Source: Eledone cirrhosa | Lineage: Eukaryota | Assembly (NCBI GenBank): GCA_964016885.1 | Contig: OZ024743.1 | Location: 197,408,001 to 197,472,000, forward strand | Length of the DNA: 64,000 bases | Direction: 5' to 3' | Part shown: piece after piece, positions 57,857 to 64,000 of the stretch | Layout of the letters: every line of letters starts with the position of its first letter | Position numbering within the stretch: position 1 is the stretch's first letter | Made by a program: the position numbers and the translations under genes | The notes under the pieces: generated by a model | Database searches by the model: none | What the model was told of the DNA's origin: nothing | Seen by the model: the letters and a program-made list of their open reading frames with translations, nothing else

Positions 57857-57942
57857 ACCTTTACCGTACGGTTTCGAGTCTCAAAAATAAATGGATAGTC
57901 CTTACGGGCCTCCATTGAAAAGAAAGACTCTCGTCAAAAGGT
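57857..57942 (-). ncRNA. Type I hammerhead ribozyme (U3-G8 core, long stem II)
   Basis: Minus strand acctt-TTGACGA-gagtct...agactc-GAAA-ccgtacgg-TA|aaggt. Confidence 0.75.
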
Positions 57943-58218
57943 TCATTTCACTCGAAGAATATAAAATTTCCGAGTTCGAATTACAAACTGGCGCTATTCA
58001 AAATTGTTCCCGAGTTGAGAGGGAATGATGTAGAAGCAATTCTGTCCAGTGCCGTGTGCAAAGATAGAAGGCAGGGGCGGAAAGGTCAATCCACTGCCAC
58101 TAGAAATAGCAGCAGTCAAAACGACCAAAAATATATATATATATAAATATATATATATGTATGTACATATATATGTATGTACATATATATGTATGTACAT
58201 ATATATACACACACACAC

Positions 58219-58331
<113 letters not shown>

Positions 58332-58877
58332 ATAATGAGAGGTACACAAATACATGCGTATACATACATATACATGCATACATACAGATCTTTTTTTTCA
58401 CAAGTATGTGAGATTGTGTGTTATCGACCTATGATTATGAGAGACAAGATAATCGGAATAACTAAATTGACTCGATATCAGAGCTCTGTAATATATTATA
58501 AAGTAAGAAGAAATATTAGACATAAATAAATACCTATTTTTTCTTCAAATTCCCGACTGTACGGTTTTGTGGCTACTATGCAAAAATCCTATATCATAGA
58601 GATGTAACATTTCTGTGAGGTAGGCCAACTTTTCAAGGAAACCTCTCAGGGAAAGAACAATTTCAAACAGGTCTGCATCGCGCGAGAGAATCTCGAAAAG
58701 GCGAAGGGAAACACTATCACGTGATACAGTGGTCAAGAAATAAGATTAAATCCCTTGTAGCAGTGAAAAATATCTCAGAAGACGGAGGGGATATATATAT
58801 ATATATATATATCATGATAAATTAACGGAGCCATAGACTCTCGTTATTCCCTGTAAATTCAAAGAAATGTGCTCAAC

Positions 58878-58916
<39 letters not shown>

Positions 58917-58923
<7 letters not shown>

Positions 58924-59318
58924 ATAAGAAACGGAGAATCAGTGGTGCGACGAATTAAAATTTATTAGACATATTACAATCGTTTCTCTGGCGACCAGCT
59001 CGAGGCACGATCGATGCAATGATCGAACCTGACTCTGAAATCGCAAGATCCTCGGAGTTTCCAAGCATTTGGAAACTCTGCTTCGAAGAATCGAGACGTA
59101 TCTGAGGATCTTGCGATTTCAGAGTCAGGTTCGATCATTGCATCGATCGTGCCTCGAGCAGGTCGCCAGAGAAACGATTTTAATACGTCTAATAAATTTT
59201 AATTCGTCGCACCACTGATTCTCCACTTCTTATGTGATATTATACTCTGCTCTGTAAGAGGATCGAGTGCTCAAACGGCCTACCGCATTCGGACGCTTTA
59301 AGCATCCCACACCAATTA
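58917..59318 (+). mobile_element. Palindromic HHR module in (TA)n (family copy 2); HHR at 59094-59190
   Basis: agacgtat-CTGAGGA-tcttgcga...tcgccaga-GAAA-cgattt-TA|atacgtct. Same family as 56459-56870 with a different inversion point. Confidence 0.82.
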
Positions 59319-59373
59319 TATATATATATATATGAGATGTGAGAAAAACCATAGACCCTCCACCTCAACTCTA

Positions 59374-59409
59374 CTTTTGAAAATCAGAAGAACTGCGAAA
59401 CCGGTAAAG
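59374..59409 (+). ncRNA. Possible minimal hammerhead (U3-A8 variant)
   Basis: ctt-TTGAAAA-tcag aagaa ctgc-GAAA-ccgg-TA|aag in a ~90 bp island between TA tracts; the stems are very short. Confidence 0.5.
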
Positions 59410-59474
59410 GAACCAAATAAATATATATATATTTTTTAAAAATAAGACTCCATTTGCATTTTCGATTTCATCTT

Positions 59475-59506
<32 letters not shown>

Positions 59507-59805
59507 GAGTGAAAGAAAGAGATAAGTAGTTATATATGTAGACTGATATAATAACATAAGAATTTCGTATATATGAAGATATACAAATCAAAAATACCTT
59601 CTAAAGTAGTAGCTTAGAAAGAACTCAATATATAATGTAAAGTTAAACATTGATTTCAAAGTCTCATCAACGTTGCTTCCTCAAAATGCGAAGCCAGCTT
59701 CTATGGAGGTTTGAATTCTATGTCTTATTATTATTGTCGTTACCTGTACAGACAATATCTATACATTTTTGGATAGCCTGTATATATATATCTTATTATA
59801 TAGTT

Positions 59806-60119
59806 ATCTTCTTCTTCTTCTTCTTCTTCTTCTTCTTCTTCTTCTTCTTCTTCTTCTTTTTCTTCTTCTTCTTCTTCTTCTTCTTCTTCTTCTTCTTCTT
59901 CTTCTTCTTCTTCTTCTTCTTCTTCTTCTTCTTCTTCTTCTTCTTCTTCTTCTTCTTCTTCTTCTTCCCCCCTCCTCCTCCTCCTCCTCCTCCTCCTCCT
60001 CCTCCTCCTCTTCTTCTTCTTCTTCTTCTTCTTCTTCTTCTTCTTCTTCTTCTTCTTCTTCTTCTTCTTCTTCTTCTTCTTCTTCTTCTTCTTCTTCTTC
60101 TTCTTCTTCTCTCTCTCTC
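59806..60119. repeat. Compound (TTC)n/(CCT)n microsatellite
   Basis: Directly visible ~310 bp pure polypyrimidine tract. Confidence 0.98.
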
Positions 60120-61766
60120 CAATCAGCAATGCACTTAGAACCACTTCTTTTCTTTTCAGTTAAGCGAAATGATGAAAATTGAATATCATAACATTCCTTT
60201 TTAATTTAAAGACGATGGTAATATCCATAAAAACCATTTATGTTAGATCATATAGTTCTATTTTAAAATGAAACAACTTCTAATATAGCAGAATCAAAGG
60301 ATTTTCATAAAACCTTAGATTCACTTCTGGTCATGTCAAAAGAACGTTTGTTCAATGTAGACAAATATATGGATTATCATATAGTTATAGAATGAACTTA
60401 GGTCACTTTAGAAGGACTTCTGGTCAATGAAAGGATTTGAAACATCTATTGCGATTATCATTGAAGAAAGCACACAGAGGAAAAGTTGTTACGATATTCT
60501 CCAAGAAGATAAGAACTCTTTTTGTTTAGGAATAACCCGTTTATATGTAAAAAAAACACATTTCCTTTTATATTTATTAAACCGGTGAGCTATAGTTTCT
60601 TCATGGTAGCAACGTATTTACAACTTAGTCGACTGCGTCAGTGAGGGTTACGTCCACTCGGCTTGAAGTTCCACTCATTAATAAGTCAATAATATGTGGC
60701 TCCTATTCACTGAATGAAATTGGTGAATAGGTAGAATATGAAATAAATTACTTATATGTTTAAAGAACGGATATCCCTATCTATCTGAAAGAAGTTGATT
60801 AAAATAACTGCTGCATATCGCCAGATTCCATTGATCTAGGCTGCAAGAGACATGCTTGTCCACTCTGATAAAACGCAAGTCTATATCATAAGATTCTCTT
60901 TGATTGTTACGAACACTTCATTTTATTGATCCCAGAAAGATAGAAAACTGACTTTCAAACGATAGAAGTCAATAAGATAAGAAAAACCAACCCTACTCCC
61001 GAAAACTGGCTCAACACAATAATTCGTAATAGCGTAATAGAGTAATATGTAGTAGCGGTACCCCAGCATGGCCTCAGCCTGTCAGCTGGAACACGATATA
61101 GAGTAATAGAGTAAGATACGATTTCTTACATCAACCCCCCCCCCCCCAAGAACCACCCCTCTCCAAAATAGCCCCCCCCCCTCTCCCCAAAAAAAGAAAA
61201 GAAAAAAGAAGAAGAAAGAACCTCCCTACCGCAGCAAACACATTTTAGCGGGAGATCCTAGTTGTTGAAATCAAAGAAAGACTAAAATTGCTCCCTATTT
61301 TAATGATGGAACGCATAAATAGGATTTGAACTGTATATGTTTTCTTACATTGGTACGAAACCACAATCGATGTTTAACCCGTTCATTACTGTATTTTTAA
61401 TGAAATACACAGCCTATATGTTTCAGTCAACTTTCAAATTAATCAAATATTAAGAGGAATATAAACAAATACCTAACCGTATTTCCCGGCGCCGAAGACG
61501 CTTCGTCCTCGAGGACGCACCCTAATTTTGACAACCAAAAATTTGAAAGAAATTAATTGTTTCTATTTTTGGCACAAGGCCAGCAATTATCCCAGTGCAT
61601 TACTGGTACTTTATTTTATCGACCCCGTAAGGATGAAAGGCAACGTTAACCTCGGCGTAATTTGATCTCAGACCGTTGAGGGCCGTAACTCTATGATGCA
61701 AAGCATATATGAAATACCAATGAAGGTTGGAAGATCACTGATGAAGGACAAATTTATTCATATATA

Positions 61767-61819
<53 letters not shown>

Positions 61820-61843
61820 ATATGTATATGTATATATATGTAC

Positions 61844-61907
<64 letters not shown>

Positions 61908-62499
61908 TGGTAAAAGGAAAAGAAAATGCTGACAAATTGTTCCCAGTGAAAAATAGTTTAATTAGGAATAAGTAAAAATTAGTAATAGTATTAGTTAGTA
62001 TTCAGTTTTGGTTTTAAGTTTTACCGGTTGCGGATTTCTAATGCTTTTCAAAAATAATTTTGAGATAGAGCGCCCGTGATGTTTGCCCTAATCTGATTAG
62101 TTTTGGAAATACTACCTGATTTATGTAAAAAAAGTGGCTCCAAATGTATGAAAAAATTCTTGTGGTCAAAACAATTTTGATTCGTCGGTAGAAGTCATGT
62201 GAATGTTAAAAATTGATTTTGCGCCAAATGTAGGTTTGTCTCGGGTGATTGAAAAGTCACTGAAAAATAAGTCTTTCAAGACAAATGTGTGTGTGTGTAG
62301 TAGTAGTAAAGAGGTTCGTTGTTGTGATAATGGTCAGCAGGGATGTGTGTGCGAACCGCAGCCTGTTGACAGTTCAAATGCCTATTAAGACAAGTGTGTG
62401 TGTGTGTGTGTGCGTGTGTGTGTGTGTGTGTGTAGCAGAGTAATTCGTGGTAGAGGGATGGTCAGTAGGAATGTGTCTGTACGTGTGATATATATATAT

Positions 62500-62533
<34 letters not shown>

Positions 62534-62534
<1 letters not shown>

Positions 62535-63112
62535 TATATGAATAAATTTGTCCTTCATCAGTGATCTTCCAACCTTCATTGGTATTTCATCGCTTTAAAG
62601 ACCATATACGCCGGTTGGTGCGACCAACGGCTAGAGAAAGTCGTTGGGACACGTAAATAGGGGGAACGAGCGAGACAGTAAACACCTGTGCGAGATTCCT
62701 TCCTCACTCACACTTCGACCAGGTCGTATGGTCTTTATTCTCTCTCGTCTACGATTTCATAGAACTTATGTTCATCGATTTCAGGGACTTGACTCCTTCT
62801 TCCTCCCGTTTGGCCTGTGCGAAATTCTTTCCTTACTCACATTTCGACCAGGTTTGATGGTCGTTATTCTCTCTCGTTCACGATTTCACAGAACTTATGT
62901 TCATCGATTTCAGGGACTTGACTCCTTCTTCCTCACTCTTCGTTGCATTACCATCTTTGATTGTTTACTGTCTCGCCCGTTCCCCCTATTTACGTGTCCC
63001 AACGACTTTCTTTAGTCGTTGCTCGCACCAACCGGAGGTATATGGTGTTTAAAGCGATGAAATACCAATGAAGGTTGGAAGATCACTGATGAAGGACTAA
63101 ACTTATTCATAT
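62534..63112. mobile_element. Foldback-like element: ~145 bp inverted arms around two ~130 bp tandem units
   Basis: 62536-62683 is inverted at 62961-63111. 62684-62805 is repeated at about 62814-62934. A third arm end lies at 61709-61762. Confidence 0.75.
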
Positions 63113-63153
63113 GTAACCCATTTGCAATCACGCAGCACGACATGTTTTCATAT

Positions 63154-63269
<116 letters not shown>

Positions 63270-63523
63270 CTATATATCTATACATATATCTATATATATA
63301 CATATACATATATATATATCTATACATATATCTATATATCTATATATATATATTTATCTATATCTATATCTATATATATATATAATTTTATATATATATA
63401 TAAATGCACATATATATATATATATATATAACGGAGGAAATGTGGTAAAGAACCAGGTGGACCATAACGCACCAAAGTACTCAATACTTAGGGTCGTAGA
63501 GTGGGTAATAGGAACGAGTAAGA

Positions 63524-63617
63524 CCCCGACGGCTGAGCTCAAGCCGTTTCGACGGCTAATTCTGGACTAAATGAACATTTTTATCCTGGTATTTGAATAG
63601 CCGAGCTTCTCAAGGGG
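63524..63617 (-). ncRNA. Type I hammerhead ribozyme (U3-A8 variant, GUC site)
   Basis: Minus strand cccc-TTGAGAA-gctcggcta...tagccgtc-GAAA-cggct tgagctc agccg-TC|gggg. The 3' half of the same family is at 43737-43797(+). Confidence 0.8.
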
Positions 63618-64000
63618 TAATTCCATACATGGTAAAAGTGGTTGTCACAAAGATTGGTCAAAAGTTTGTTGTTGAGACATAATAATTCTATGATGGCAAT
63701 TTGTGGAGGGAAGGGGTAGCTGAACCTGCCAGTAGGAGAAAGAGGGAGAGGGGGTGGAGGACACCCATTCATGTGTTGATAGTGCCGACTACGGCTGGGC
63801 ATGAGGTCAAAGAAGATACTAGGGAGAGGGAGGGGAGGAGGTCGAAACAATAAGTAGAACAATATGGGGTAAATATATAGAAAAATACCGAGAGTGTTAA
63901 AAAGCAATTAAATGTAAAAAAAAACAAAACAAATTCTGGTTACTACGACCTAAGTCTCTCACTGGTACTGCTAGGCTAAAGAAAGGTATACTAGGTGGGA

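Noticed and set aside
58605-58741. Degenerate hammerhead (GAAA-cactatcacgtgatacagtgg-TC|aagaaat)
   Set aside because: No acceptable CUGANGA or UUGANAA core upstream.

Overview
AT-rich, microsatellite-dense eukaryotic DNA. The SINE and LINE repertoire suggests a coleoid cephalopod such as Octopus (inference). No host protein-coding gene can be identified with confidence; there is one candidate first exon at about 29.55 kb on the minus strand. The window is mostly mobile DNA: four copies or fragments of one young RTE-clade LINE (APE-RT-PHD finger, one copy nearly intact), a near-complete Penelope-like element of apparent Naiad type (RT + GIY-YIG, inverted pseudo-LTR), a second Naiad-like remnant, an R4/Dong-like RT-RLE element in (CATA)n, a piggyBac relic, non-autonomous Helitrons, MITEs and several tRNA-SINE families. 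The main signal is absent from the ORF track. About a dozen sequence-diverse, non-coding 100-1250 bp modules sit in (TA)n microsatellites and carry type-I hammerhead ribozyme (HHR) motifs, several with the U3-A8 core variant. They often have inverted plus partial-tandem architecture and share a YGAGTRCT motif about 40-80 nt from their 3' end. They look like a diverse population of retrozyme-like or pLTR-derived RNAs mobilised by Penelope/Naiad RT-endonuclease. All folds were read by eye, and element boundaries are approximate.
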